64,000 bases of DNA from an uncultured Eggerthella sp. (GTDB lineage: Bacteria; Actinomycetota; Coriobacteriia; Coriobacteriales; Eggerthellaceae), in contig URVA01000001.1 in assembly GCA_900551155.1 (NCBI GenBank), positions 7,598 through 71,597 of the forward strand. Direction: 5' to 3'. This document shows positions 41,159 through 50,364 of the stretch, in pieces; the stretch's first letter is position 1, and each line of letters starts with the position of its first letter. Both the position numbers and the translations under genes were made by a program. The notes beneath the pieces were generated by a model that had not been told where the DNA came from, made no database searches, and saw only the letters and a program-made list of their open reading frames with translations.

Positions 41159-42436
41159 ATGGCACATACAGAAAACGACCCTCAAAACAATAAACAGGAA
41201 GAACTTAAGGTGACAGAACAGAAAACCGAAAAGGCAGCTGAAAACGCAGAACAAAACACCGAAAAGGTGGAGCAGGACACTTCTTATTCTGCCGCTGATC
41301 AAGTAGAGCAGAAAGCCGAACAAGCCCAGGATAAGGCAGAGCAGGCAAAGCAGAAAGCCGAGCAAATGCAGTCTTCGGATGCAGCTGAAGAATCGGCTGG
41401 TCAGGCAGAGGCTCAAGCAGAAGTGCAAAACAGCCCTCAGCCAGAAACTCAAGCGGAAGTCAAAGCGGAGGCTCAAGCAGAAGCGCAAGCGGAACCTCAG
41501 CCAGAACCTCAGCCAGAAGCGCATCAGCGCTCAGAAATTGGCGATGCGGTTCGCGACGAAGCGCTTTCAGCAGCTGAAAAAGGTCTTGAGGCAGCGCGTG
41601 CGGCACTGGAAGCAGCAGAGAAAAAACTCGCTGAAGCGCAACAAGCAGCTTATGGTCAAAGCACCTACGCTCCTCCACAAGGCAATCCGCAGCAGCCTGC
41701 AAATAAAGATGCCGCGCAGCAAACTCAGTCAACGGGCCAGCAGACAGCAGCTCAGCAGTCAACAGGCCAACAAGCGACAGCCCAACAGTCAACGGGTCAG
41801 CAGGCGCAGCAAGCTGATTTCTATCAGTCATATCAACAGACGGTACAACAACCCACCTATCAGCAACCTGAATATCAGACTACTCAGACCACCCAGCCGA
41901 ATTACCAATCGACTCAGTTCGGATATCAACAAACCGAACAGGGAGCATATCAGCAACCACAGCAGCAAACCTACCAACAAGCTACACAGGCGGGTTTCCA
42001 ACAGCCTGATCAAGCTAATTATCAGCAGGCCGCACAGACGGGCTACCAACAGACATCTACCCAGCAACCAGGTTATCAGCAGACAGGCTATCAACAACCT
42101 GGATACCAACAGTCTGGTTACCAGCAAGCAACACAGGGAACCCAGCAACCGCCTGTTCAGCCTCATTACGCGCCACCTGTTGCTTCGCGCGATCATGTGG
42201 CAGCAGGGTTGCTAGCAATCTTCTTAGGTTTCTTGGGTGTGCATAAGTTTTATCTTGGCTACAACACGCAGGGCTTCATTATGTTGGCAATTGGGCTTAT
42301 TGGCGGATTGTTCTCATTCGGATTAATCCTTGGCATTGTTTGGATCATAGGCGTCATTGAAGGCATTATTTATCTGACAAAAAGCCAAAGCGAGTTCGAA
42401 AGACTATATGTTTATAACAAGAGAGAGTGGTTTTAG
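41159..42436 (+). CDS. TM2-domain protein with long Gln/Glu-rich low-complexity N-terminus
   Basis: AAGLLAIFLGFLGVHKFYLG TM2 signature and IEGIIYL. Confidence 0.88.
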   Translation: MAHTENDPQNNKQEELKVTEQKTEKAAENAEQNTEKVEQDTSYSAADQVEQKAEQAQDKAEQAKQKAEQMQSSDAAEESAGQAEAQAEVQNSPQPETQAEVKAEAQAEAQAEPQPEPQPEAHQRSEIGDAVRDEALSAAEKGLEAARAALEAAEKKLAEAQQAAYGQSTYAPPQGNPQQPANKDAAQQTQSTGQQTAAQQSTGQQATAQQSTGQQAQQADFYQSYQQTVQQPTYQQPEYQTTQTTQPNYQSTQFGYQQTEQGAYQQPQQQTYQQATQAGFQQPDQANYQQAAQTGYQQTSTQQPGYQQTGYQQPGYQQSGYQQATQGTQQPPVQPHYAPPVASRDHVAAGLLAIFLGFLGVHKFYLGYNTQGFIMLAIGLIGGLFSFGLILGIVWIIGVIEGIIYLTKSQSEFERLYVYNKREWF

Positions 42437-42440
42437 CATC

Positions 42441-42465
42441 AAGGGGTCTCGAGATGAGGCCCCTT
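42441..42465 (+). terminator. Putative terminator hairpin
   Basis: AAGGGGTCTC/GAGGCCCCTT stem; weak T tail. Confidence 0.5.
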
Positions 42466-42517
42466 ACGTTATAATGACTTGTGTTCGTGCATATGTATGC
42501 CAATAAGGAGGAAGATT

Positions 42518-43456
42518 ATGCCCACCATTACTCGTGATCAGGTAAAGGTCCCAATGGACGTAATGCCTGAAGCGCGCGAAACGTACATTGATAATTACAT
42601 GAAGGCTACCCGTGGTACCGGACGTTTGATGCTCTTTGCTTGCGACCAGAAGATCGAACACCTGAACAAGGACTTCTATGGTGAGGGCATTGATATTTCT
42701 GACGCAGAGCCAGAGCACTTGTTCAAGATTGGTTCCCAGGGCACTATTGGTGTTTTGGCAGGTCAGCGTGGTTTGATTGCTCAGTATGCAGCTGACTATC
42801 CAGAGATTAACTATCTGGTAAAGATGAACTCTAAGACCAACTTGGTAAAGGGTTCTCAGGACGATCCTTATAGCCCACAGCTTTATGATTTGGAAGCTGT
42901 TTTGGCAATGCGCGAAGCTGGCGTAAACATTGTTGGTTTGGGCTACACCATCTATCTTGGCTCTGAATATGAATCAACCATGATGGCTGAAGCTGGCGAG
43001 CTTATCGCTGAGGCTCATGCAGCTGGTTTGATTGTTGTTCTTTGGATTTATCCTCGCGGTAAAGCTGTTCCAGACGAGAAGGATCCAGATCTGATTGCTG
43101 GCGCAGCTGGTGTTGCACTTTGCCTTGGTGCAGACTTCGTTAAGGTTAACCCACCTCATGAGGCTGACGGTAAATCTTCCGCTGAAGGTTTGAAGATTGC
43201 TTCTATGGCTGCTGGTCGCACTGGTTTGGTATGCGCTGGTGGTTCTAAGGCTGACGCAAACGTATTCTTGACTGAGCTTCACAACCAGATTCACATTGGT
43301 GGTGCTTGCGGTAACGCAACGGGTCGTAACATCCACATGCGTTCCGAAGACGAAGCAATCCGTCTGTGCAACGCAATTTCTGCTATCACCTTGGGTGACT
43401 GGAGCGTTGAAGACGCAGAGGCTGTATTCCGCGGTGAAAAGGAATTCACCCTGTAA
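42518..43456 (+). CDS. Class I (DhnA-type) aldolase, probable fructose-bisphosphate aldolase
   Basis: FACDQKIEH, LWIYPRG, GADFVK Schiff-base lysine, AGG, GRNI; AAGGAGG RBS. Confidence 0.88.
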   Translation: MPTITRDQVKVPMDVMPEARETYIDNYMKATRGTGRLMLFACDQKIEHLNKDFYGEGIDISDAEPEHLFKIGSQGTIGVLAGQRGLIAQYAADYPEINYLVKMNSKTNLVKGSQDDPYSPQLYDLEAVLAMREAGVNIVGLGYTIYLGSEYESTMMAEAGELIAEAHAAGLIVVLWIYPRGKAVPDEKDPDLIAGAAGVALCLGADFVKVNPPHEADGKSSAEGLKIASMAAGRTGLVCAGGSKADANVFLTELHNQIHIGGACGNATGRNIHMRSEDEAIRLCNAISAITLGDWSVEDAEAVFRGEKEFTL

Positions 43457-43567
43457 AGTTGCTTGAGAGCACTTAAAGCGAGCCCCCCAAAAGTAGTAAA
43501 TCGTAAAAAGCGTTTTGCTTGCAGGGCAGTTAAAGGGCTTAGCTATTAGCAAAGCAGTAAAACTTTT

Positions 43568-43599
43568 AAGAGCCTGACTTCGGTCAGGCTCTTTTTTTG
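43568..43599 (+). terminator. Intrinsic terminator after aldolase
   Basis: AAGAGCCTGAC-TTCG-GTCAGGCTCTT plus T run. Confidence 0.92.
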
Positions 43600-43600
43600 T

Positions 43601-43822
43601 GAAAATGGACCCCTCCCTGCAGAAAAAGCGCGTTTGTGAGTGATTTTCTAAAGCTGACTGCGGGATTATTCCGATTGCTTCAAAATGAAATGTAACGAAA
43701 CAGCGAAAAAATGTAACCAACCATAATTTTTCACAATTTTAGAAGAAAGTAGTGGGTCTGCTGCTCGAGCAACCCTCTCACTTTCCAGCAAAATCTGCAG
43801 GGGCACCCCGATTTTTCGAAAA
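43601..43822. repeat. Non-coding element with imperfect terminal inverted repeats (MITE-like candidate)
   Basis: CCCTGCAGA 43615-43623 and TCTGCAGGG 43794-43802 with similar flanks; only one copy in the window. Confidence 0.35.
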
Positions 43823-43901
43823 AACTTTGCCTTAGATTGTTGTTGAAGTGTTCGATTTTCAATAATGTATTTTCAATTGTTGTATTTGGTATATCGATAT
43901 C

Positions 43902-44117
43902 ATGAAATGGAAGCTAGTTTTGTCTGAATCAATTCAAATAGATATTGACGCATTGCGCGACTATTTAATGGATTACTGTGGGTCCGCCATCTTTTCTGGA
44001 TTTCCTGCGGCAATTATTGGTGTTACAGAAATTGAAAGCGCAGACGGGTACGAGCTCTGTCAGATTGCTGAACAGTTAGGCGTTAATTTACGACAATTTG
44101 AGGTACCGCGCTATTGA
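43902..44117 (+). CDS. Small acidic hypothetical protein
   Basis: 71-aa ORF with natural helical composition (IDIDALRDYLMDYCG); start uncertain. Confidence 0.6.
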   Translation: MKWKLVLSESIQIDIDALRDYLMDYCGSAIFSGFPAAIIGVTEIESADGYELCQIAEQLGVNLRQFEVPRY

Positions 44118-44341
44118 GTATTTTGGGCTGCCATGCGGTTCATGGGTAAGAGCTTTTGTGTCTTTAGTCTGCTCGAATATGAATAATCCTCAATTTAATA
44201 ACCGCTTAAAAATGGTTTCGATCACAATCAGGGATTTTGGGGGAATTTAAACTAGTTTCGATTACGATCGAAACTAGTTCTTTGTTCGCTCTATATCCGA
44301 CAATCAATTTTGGAAAGAAGCAGGAAGCTCCAATCGCAGCC

Positions 44342-44947
44342 ATGATTATTATTCTTGCCATACTTGCTTTGGTGTTTGCACGCATTACATACAATGACGT
44401 AACTATGCGTTTAGTGTATAGGCGCGATCTTATCGTGCTGATCGCTTTCCGTCTGGTGCTTTTTGTTGTAGCGGTCATTGGTACCGAAGTCTTTAGAGTT
44501 ACTTCGTTTGGCGCCACATCCCTTGGAGCGGACTCTCTTGGGCTAAGCACAACGACTGGTATTTCTTTTGGAGCGATTTCGCTTGTAATTGATCGACTGA
44601 CAAATATAAGTCTTGAGCAATGGGGTATACGTGCGCTTGTAATGTCAGTTGCCATGGCGTTTATTGTGAGCGCATTTGTCCAACTGGTGGCTTACATAAC
44701 AAATCGTCTTACCAATAAATATGGCAAAAAGGATGAATCGCTTGGGCTAGGTGATGTAAAACTCTATGCGGTGTGCTGCTTGTTTTTGTCACTTGAACAG
44801 GCATTTGCGATGTTGTTCTTATCGGCAGTCATTGGCGCGTTCTTGGCGGTTTACGTAAAAGCGATCAAGAAGCAGGGCATTTTTCCCTTTGCGCCAGCGA
44901 TAGTGTGGGCAACCTTTATCGTACTTGTATTAGATGTGCTGGTGTAG
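44342..44947 (+). CDS. A24-family prepilin peptidase, short TadV/CpaA-like form
   Basis: First Asp in YND, GLGDVKL second Asp, FPFAPAI; no N-terminal Cys/methylase domain. Confidence 0.75.
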   Translation: MIIILAILALVFARITYNDVTMRLVYRRDLIVLIAFRLVLFVVAVIGTEVFRVTSFGATSLGADSLGLSTTTGISFGAISLVIDRLTNISLEQWGIRALVMSVAMAFIVSAFVQLVAYITNRLTNKYGKKDESLGLGDVKLYAVCCLFLSLEQAFAMLFLSAVIGAFLAVYVKAIKKQGIFPFAPAIVWATFIVLVLDVLV

Positions 44948-45122
44948 GTTGTATATTTTCATCCAAAAGTACTTATAGAAACTGCAAAAAGTTTTATCGA
45001 ATGAATTTAGGAAACGGATTGGCTAAAAAGTACCAACGATTTGAATCTTTGGACGCAGCCTATTCTATGTTTTCGCATTCGTAACTTGTGTTTGATGTTT
45101 GAAGTGTAGTTTGCTACTTCAG

Positions 45123-45157
45123 AAAACAAAAGCGGCATGGTTAATACCATGCCGCTT
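45123..45157 (-). terminator. Intrinsic terminator of tRNA-Leu
   Basis: AAGCGGCATGG/CCATGCCGCTT stem with A run on the left (U tail on minus strand). Confidence 0.8.
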
Positions 45158-45169
45158 GCACTTTTTAAC

Positions 45170-45253
45170 TGGTGCCGGAGGCGGGATTTGAACCCGCACG
45201 TCTTTCGACAACGGTTTTTGAGACCGCCGCGTCTGCCGTTCCGCCACTCCGGC
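45170..45253 (-). tRNA. tRNA-Leu(CAA)
   Basis: Reverse complement GCCGGAG...GCGGT-CTCAAAA-ACCGT, long variable arm, GGTTCAAATCC T-arm, encoded CCA. Confidence 0.96.
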
Positions 45254-45532
45254 GCAGAAATGAATTATACCTAACTTCTGCTAAAACGCCAAAATATTTC
45301 TTAACAAATTCCAAAAATGCAGAAAAGCACACCGAACCAACAAATTACCGTTGGGGGATGTTTTGTACGATATACGCCAAATATCCAGCTTGAAGGTCGC
45401 CTAGCCGCTTCAGTCTTGCTCGTATATCAAGGCCGTTTCATAATACTAAGCTGTTAACTAATTACGGATAGAGAGCTATTTATGCGCAGTTAGCATGTTT
45501 GCTTGATTTTAGGTACAGGGGAGGAACTGTTC

Positions 45533-46714
45533 ATGATTAATGAAAAAATGTATGGCCTTGGTGCTGAGCCTTCTGCTATTCGTGAGCTATTCGCCTACGG
45601 CATGGCCCGTAAAGCAGAAATTGGCGATGACAAAGTATTCGACTTCAGCATTGGCAACCCAAGTGTTCCTGCTCCTGCGAAAGTTGCGCAAACTATGCAT
45701 GAATTGGCAGATTGGCCTCCTGCAGAACTGCATGCTTACTCTGCATCTGTAGGTTTGGATTCAACGCGTCAGGCTATTGCAGACAACTTGAATCGTCGTT
45801 ATGGCACCAATTACGCACCTCATAACTTCTATATGACCATGGGTGCTGCTGCGTGCCTTTCTTGCTGCATTCACGCAACCGTTCTCCCAGGAGATGAAGT
45901 TATCGTAATTTCGCCCTACTTCCCTGAATACCGCGTTTGGATCGAGCAGGCACAGGGTGTTTGTGTGGAAGTTCCTGCACGTAGCGATAATTTCCAAATT
46001 GACATGGATGCTATGGATGCCGCCATCAACGAGCGTACCAAGGCGGTAATTATTAATTCTCCTAACAATCCTGTTGGTGCGGTTTATACGCGCGAAACGC
46101 TTGAGAATCTGGCAGCGTTACTTCATAAGAAGCGCGAAGAATTTGGCTCTGAGTTGTTCTTGATTTCCGACGAGCCCTATCGCGAACTCGTTTATGACAA
46201 CATCGAAGTTCCTTGGGTTCCTGCAATCTATGACAACACGCTCATCTGCTATTCCTGGTCTAAGTCTCTTTCTTTGCCAGGTGACCGTATTGGATACGTG
46301 TTAGTTCCTGATGAAGTACAGAACGCAGAGCACATTCAAAAAGCAATTTCTGGTGCAGGTCGTGCACTGGGTTATATTTGCGCACCAGTATTTTTCCAGC
46401 GTGTTATTGAAAAATGCGTAGATGAGCCCGTAAATACCGAAGCGTATGCGAAAAATCGTGCACTGCTTACCGAAGGTTTGGACAAGCTTGGCTATCACTA
46501 CATTGCTCCTGATGGTGCGTTCTATTTGTGGATGAAGGCGCTCGAAGACGACGCTCAGGCATTTTCTGACCGCGCTAAAGAATACGAATTGCTGCTTGTT
46601 CCTTCTGACAGCTTTGGTGTCGGCGGCTGGGTTCGCGTAAGCTACTGCATCCCCGAAGAAGTAATTCTCAACTCAATGCCTGCTTTTGAAGCACTGAAGA
46701 AGAGCTACGAATAG
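45533..46714 (+). CDS. PLP-dependent aminotransferase class I/II (aspartate aminotransferase-like)
   Basis: FSIGNP, INSPNNPVG, SDEPY, SWSKSLSLPGDRIGY. Confidence 0.92.
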   Translation: MINEKMYGLGAEPSAIRELFAYGMARKAEIGDDKVFDFSIGNPSVPAPAKVAQTMHELADWPPAELHAYSASVGLDSTRQAIADNLNRRYGTNYAPHNFYMTMGAAACLSCCIHATVLPGDEVIVISPYFPEYRVWIEQAQGVCVEVPARSDNFQIDMDAMDAAINERTKAVIINSPNNPVGAVYTRETLENLAALLHKKREEFGSELFLISDEPYRELVYDNIEVPWVPAIYDNTLICYSWSKSLSLPGDRIGYVLVPDEVQNAEHIQKAISGAGRALGYICAPVFFQRVIEKCVDEPVNTEAYAKNRALLTEGLDKLGYHYIAPDGAFYLWMKALEDDAQAFSDRAKEYELLLVPSDSFGVGGWVRVSYCIPEEVILNSMPAFEALKKSYE

Positions 46715-46782
46715 CGCCAAATGTAATAGCGCAAATGAAACAGTGCCAAGTAAAACAGCGCGAATATAATAGCGTCGAAAAC
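46710..46782. repeat. Five degenerate 14-15-bp tandem units
   Basis: AA(T/C)AG(C/T)G core at 46710, 46725, 46739, 46754 and 46768. Confidence 0.65.
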
Positions 46783-46804
46783 TACAGGAACGCGGGAATA
46801 CGTA

Positions 46805-47518
46805 GTGAAGAGCACAGGTGAACATACTCCTAAGAATTTTGTAATTGAAGGTGCCATCTTTGACTGTGATGGCACCTTGCTAGACTCGCTTGATTCGTGG
46901 CGCGGTCTGGAAGGTGTGCTTTCTCAAGAGTCGCATGTTCAGGTAACGCCAGAAGAACGTGCTCTGTTTACCACTTTTACTATCCCTGAAGTTGCTCGTT
47001 ATTTTCACGAGCAGTATGGATTGCTGCGCAGTGTAGATGCAGTTATTGGCTTTATTGATGACTATATGATGGACTATTACGCCCATCGAGCTCATGTTAT
47101 TCCTGGGGTTTTGCCTTTTTTGGAGGCATGCGCAAGTGCGGATGTTTCAATGTGCGTAGCTTCTTCTAGTGCACAAAAGTATTTGCAGGCAGGCCTTAAG
47201 AACGCGGGAATTGCAGGGTACTTTTCTCACGTTTTTTCCGTTGAGGATCTAGGCTCTTCCAAACGTGAGCCTTTAATTTTCACTCACGCACAGCAAGCCC
47301 TTGGAACTGATCGTGCTACAACCTGGGGCATTGACGATTCGTTCTATGCCTTGGAAACCCTTAAAAAGGCCGCGTTTCCCGCTATTGCTCTTTATGATCA
47401 GCTATCCGATGAGGTGCGCTCTCAGGCAGAAGAACTTTGCGAATTTGCGGTATCCCGTCTTGATGAGCTTGTCATTTCCGATAACGCTTTGGCATTGCGA
47501 TTTAATGAACAAGCTTAG
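46805..47518 (+). CDS. HAD-family phosphatase
   Basis: FDCDGTLLDS motif I, ASSS, SKREP, IDDS. Confidence 0.88.
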   Translation: MKSTGEHTPKNFVIEGAIFDCDGTLLDSLDSWRGLEGVLSQESHVQVTPEERALFTTFTIPEVARYFHEQYGLLRSVDAVIGFIDDYMMDYYAHRAHVIPGVLPFLEACASADVSMCVASSSAQKYLQAGLKNAGIAGYFSHVFSVEDLGSSKREPLIFTHAQQALGTDRATTWGIDDSFYALETLKKAAFPAIALYDQLSDEVRSQAEELCEFAVSRLDELVISDNALALRFNEQA

Positions 47519-47530
47519 TGAGCAAACTCC

Positions 47531-48277
47531 CTAATCAACCTGGGCAACAATTCGGGCATAAACCTTGCGACCTTCGTGCGCACTTTCATCAAAGTCGATT
47601 TCTGGTTGAATTAGTGCTGGAATAACCGAAAGGGCGCTCATATGTCCAATGTCTTCCGGAGAATGATTGTGCGCCGTGTAGCCAGAATCGGTGAGTAGCA
47701 ATTCGCCGCGCTGCTTTGCATGAAAATGGTACTGAATTCCTTCATTAATGGAAAGAATGGTTACGGCACGTTCGTCTGCAGCGCACGGGCGGAACTCGCC
47801 TTCTTCAATCCCGCTTTCAATGACGTTGAGCAGTGTGTGATAAAAGGTTTTGTAGTACTCGTAGAACTTCTTGAAAGACTTAGGCTTTTTGCGAGCAGCG
47901 CTTTCAACATCAATAAAATCCAGGGGCAATTCGCACTTTTGCACTACGTCCATCATGATCAAGGTGTAGAGCTGCACCGTTCTGCTGTTAGTGAAAGAAG
48001 AAAGTTCTTCCATGGTGGGAACTTCAATTTTAGGATTAGAAATTTCTGCAAGCAGTGCTTCTTTTGAAGGGAAGTAATAATACAGCGAAGAAGGGTCCAT
48101 CCCTATACGGCGAGCTAACTCGCTGATAGAAGCTTTTGCGTAGCCCTTTTCGCGGAACAGATCGAAAGCGGTGGAAATGATGCTATCGCGTGTAATGGAA
48201 TGGTCGTCTACGCCGTGCTTGCGGTGAGTGTTCTTGGTTGGCTTGTTGGTGGATTTAGCAACGCTGCGTGCAGTCAT
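47531..48277 (-). CDS. TetR/AcrR family transcriptional regulator
   Basis: LFREKGY..SISELA..IGMDPSSLYYYFPSKE helix-turn-helix. Confidence 0.9.
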   Translation of the reverse strand: MTARSVAKSTNKPTKNTHRKHGVDDHSITRDSIISTAFDLFREKGYAKASISELARRIGMDPSSLYYYFPSKEALLAEISNPKIEVPTMEELSSFTNSRTVQLYTLIMMDVVQKCELPLDFIDVESAARKKPKSFKKFYEYYKTFYHTLLNVIESGIEEGEFRPCAADERAVTILSINEGIQYHFHAKQRGELLLTDSGYTAHNHSPEDIGHMSALSVIPALIQPEIDFDESAHEGRKVYARIVAQVD

Positions 48278-48488
48278 TTTTGTAAGCGGTCCCTTCCTTT
48301 TCCCCAGGTATAGCATTGGATACTTGTCTGAATTGTAGCAAGAGTTCAATATTATTGGATTCTGGAACCCATTCTACTTCGATACGATTACTATCGATTG
48401 TATAAAAGTAATGCATGGTTATCTTTTACTAGATTGAAATAGTGTTGCATTGCTTTTACTGATGTCGTCTAAGAGAAAGTGATATGAC

Positions 48489-48998
48489 ATGGACGCAAAA
48501 GTTTACGAATTACTCAACGATCAAATCAATAAGGAACTGTATTCTGCGTATTTGTACGTTTCCTTCGCTGATTATTATGAAGAAGAAGGTCTTTCTGGTT
48601 TTGCAAATTGGTACATGATTCAGGCAGCTGAAGAGCGCGATCATGCTCTAAAGATTCGTGATTACCTGCACGACAATGGTTGCAAGGTTGTTTTGGGCGC
48701 CATTGCTGCTCCTGATAAGACGTTTTCTTCTTACATTGAGCCACTTGAGGCAGGTTTGGAGCACGAAAAATACGTTACATCTTTGATTAACAACATTTAT
48801 GCCGCCGCTTATGAGGTAAAAGATTTTCGCACGATGAAGTTCTTGGACTGGTTTATCGAAGAGCAGGGCGAAGAGGAAACCACCGCAGAAGATATGGTTA
48901 CCAAAATGAAGCTGTTCGGCTCTGATGCTAAGGCTCTTTATGACTTAGATCAGGAATATGCTGGTCGTGTTGCTACTCCTGCCGATAGCGCTGAATAA
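48489..48998 (+). CDS. ftnA: Non-haem ferritin
   Basis: LNDQINKELYSAYLY, EERDHA, HE, FLDWFIEEQGEEE ferroxidase ligands. Confidence 0.93.
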   Translation: MDAKVYELLNDQINKELYSAYLYVSFADYYEEEGLSGFANWYMIQAAEERDHALKIRDYLHDNGCKVVLGAIAAPDKTFSSYIEPLEAGLEHEKYVTSLINNIYAAAYEVKDFRTMKFLDWFIEEQGEEETTAEDMVTKMKLFGSDAKALYDLDQEYAGRVATPADSAE

Positions 48999-49040
48999 AC
49001 TTCGCTTAGCCACATATAGCTTAGGTACATATAACGTGTT

Positions 49041-49076
49041 TAGACGCGGAATAATTTTCCGCGTCTTTCTTTTTCT
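49041..49076 (+). terminator. Intrinsic terminator after ferritin
   Basis: AGACGCGGAA/TTCCGCGTCT stem plus T-rich tail. Confidence 0.85.
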
Positions 49077-49156
49077 TTTAGCTGTTTGGAATTTATAGTG
49101 TTTGTTGGCTACATAAAATGGCAAGCAAACAAAAAATGATGAGAGGGGATAGGGCA

Positions 49157-49648
49157 ATGGGTAACGAAGTGAATTCAGTAGAAGAAAAGTTGGCTTTCGC
49201 AAAAGAGCTAGGCGATATCGTGCAAATTGGCATCGTGGTTGAAGATATGGAGAAAACCAAACAAGCCATGCGCACTGTTTTTGGACTTGAATCTGAAGCT
49301 GGTGGAGAGTCGCTTTATCGTGGTTGCTTGTACAGGACCGAAGGCGAAACAGTAGACGCCCCAGTAATTTCTGCTTTCTATAACTTCTTTAATATTCAGC
49401 TAGAGTTTTTGCAGCCCGTAGGAGAAACTCCCAGTGTTTGGCGTGATTATTTAGATAAAGGCCAATTCGGATTGCATCATATTCGTTTTGATGTAGATGA
49501 CAACGATCGCATTACTGAACTCATGAAAGAACGTGGTATTGGTATTTGGATGGAAGGGCAGTCGCTTATTAACCCAAAGGCTAAATTTACCTATTACGAT
49601 TCCCTGGATGAATTGGGCTTTGTTATTGAAGTGGTAACGCGAGCCTAG
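49157..49648 (+). CDS. VOC family protein (methylmalonyl-CoA epimerase-like)
   Basis: QIGIVVED, QLEFLQP, GLHHI, FVIE metal-ligand pattern. Confidence 0.85.
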   Translation: MGNEVNSVEEKLAFAKELGDIVQIGIVVEDMEKTKQAMRTVFGLESEAGGESLYRGCLYRTEGETVDAPVISAFYNFFNIQLEFLQPVGETPSVWRDYLDKGQFGLHHIRFDVDDNDRITELMKERGIGIWMEGQSLINPKAKFTYYDSLDELGFVIEVVTRA

Positions 49649-49690
49649 GCTGCAGGATGCCTGGAGATTGCTCTAAACAAAATCAGCAAC

Positions 49691-49724
49691 AAAAAGCACC
49701 GTTGTTTAAAACAGCGGTGCTTTT
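49691..49724. terminator. Bidirectional terminator
   Basis: AAAAGCACCG/CGGTGCTTTT between convergent genes. Confidence 0.85.
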
Positions 49725-49747
49725 GATTTGATTTAATTATGCCGTGC

Positions 49748-50119
49748 TTAGTCATTTGCGCCCAAGATAGCGTTCATGATGGTAGAGACAAGAGAAATCA
49801 CAATGGCGGCAACAAAGCCCGATCCGAAAGTGGCAATTTCTAATCCCGCGCCAAAAAGCGCGTTGCTTATGCCTGCTGCAAGATAAAGCAGAAGGGTATT
49901 AATTACAAGGTAGAAAACGCCGAGCGAGATAATGGTTATCGGAAGACCGAGCAGCTGCAAAATAGGCTTAATGGTCATATTAAGAAGCGCTATTACCAAA
50001 GCAACAATAAGGATAGAGGCCCATGCTGCACCAGTGCCGATAACTTCTATACCAGGAACTAACCAGGCAGCAACTGCAACAGCGACAAAAATAGCTATGG
50101 TGCGAAGAACGAATTGCAT
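49748..50119 (-). CDS. 4-TM 'phage holin family' (YvlD-like) membrane protein
   Basis: VPGI, LLNxxIKPILxLLxLP, LGxFxLVIN motifs. Confidence 0.85.
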   Translation of the reverse strand: MQFVLRTIAIFVAVAVAAWLVPGIEVIGTGAAWASILIVALVIALLNMTIKPILQLLGLPITIISLGVFYLVINTLLLYLAAGISNALFGAGLEIATFGSGFVAAIVISLVSTIMNAILGAND

Positions 50120-50253
50120 TGAGGCTCCTTTATAACATGCTGGTTTACTAAAGTACTGGTTTACAATGGGTACGCTAGCAAAGAAGCATGCCATTTAGCA
50201 ACAAGCGCATGGCATCTGTTGCTTGTTGGTAAGATTGCCCCTACGTGTTTTCT

Positions 50254-50331
50254 GCTGGTCGCGTTGGCAGTGGCTATAGCTGGTCACGTTGGTAGTGGTT
50301 ATAAATACTGGTCATACTGGCAGTAAGTATA
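50254..50331. repeat. 25-bp tandem repeat x3 (third copy degenerate)
   Basis: GCTGGTCGCGTTGGCAGTGGCTATA / GCTGGTCACGTTGGTAGTGGTTATA / ACTGGTCATACTGGCAGTAAGTATA. Confidence 0.75.
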
Positions 50332-50364
50332 GATAGTCGTTTGTTTGAAGAAAGAGGCTTTTGC

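Noticed and set aside
41379..42215. 278-aa alternate-frame ORF inside the TM2 gene
   Set aside because: By-product of CAG/CAA-rich low-complexity sequence lacking stops
44250..44279. dif site
   Set aside because: Does not resemble the XerD arm (TTATGT) or the 11-6-11 layout
49748..50119. Prophage, suggested by the holin-family gene
   Set aside because: YvlD-like 4-TM proteins are common chromosomal genes; no endolysin, structural or integrase genes nearby
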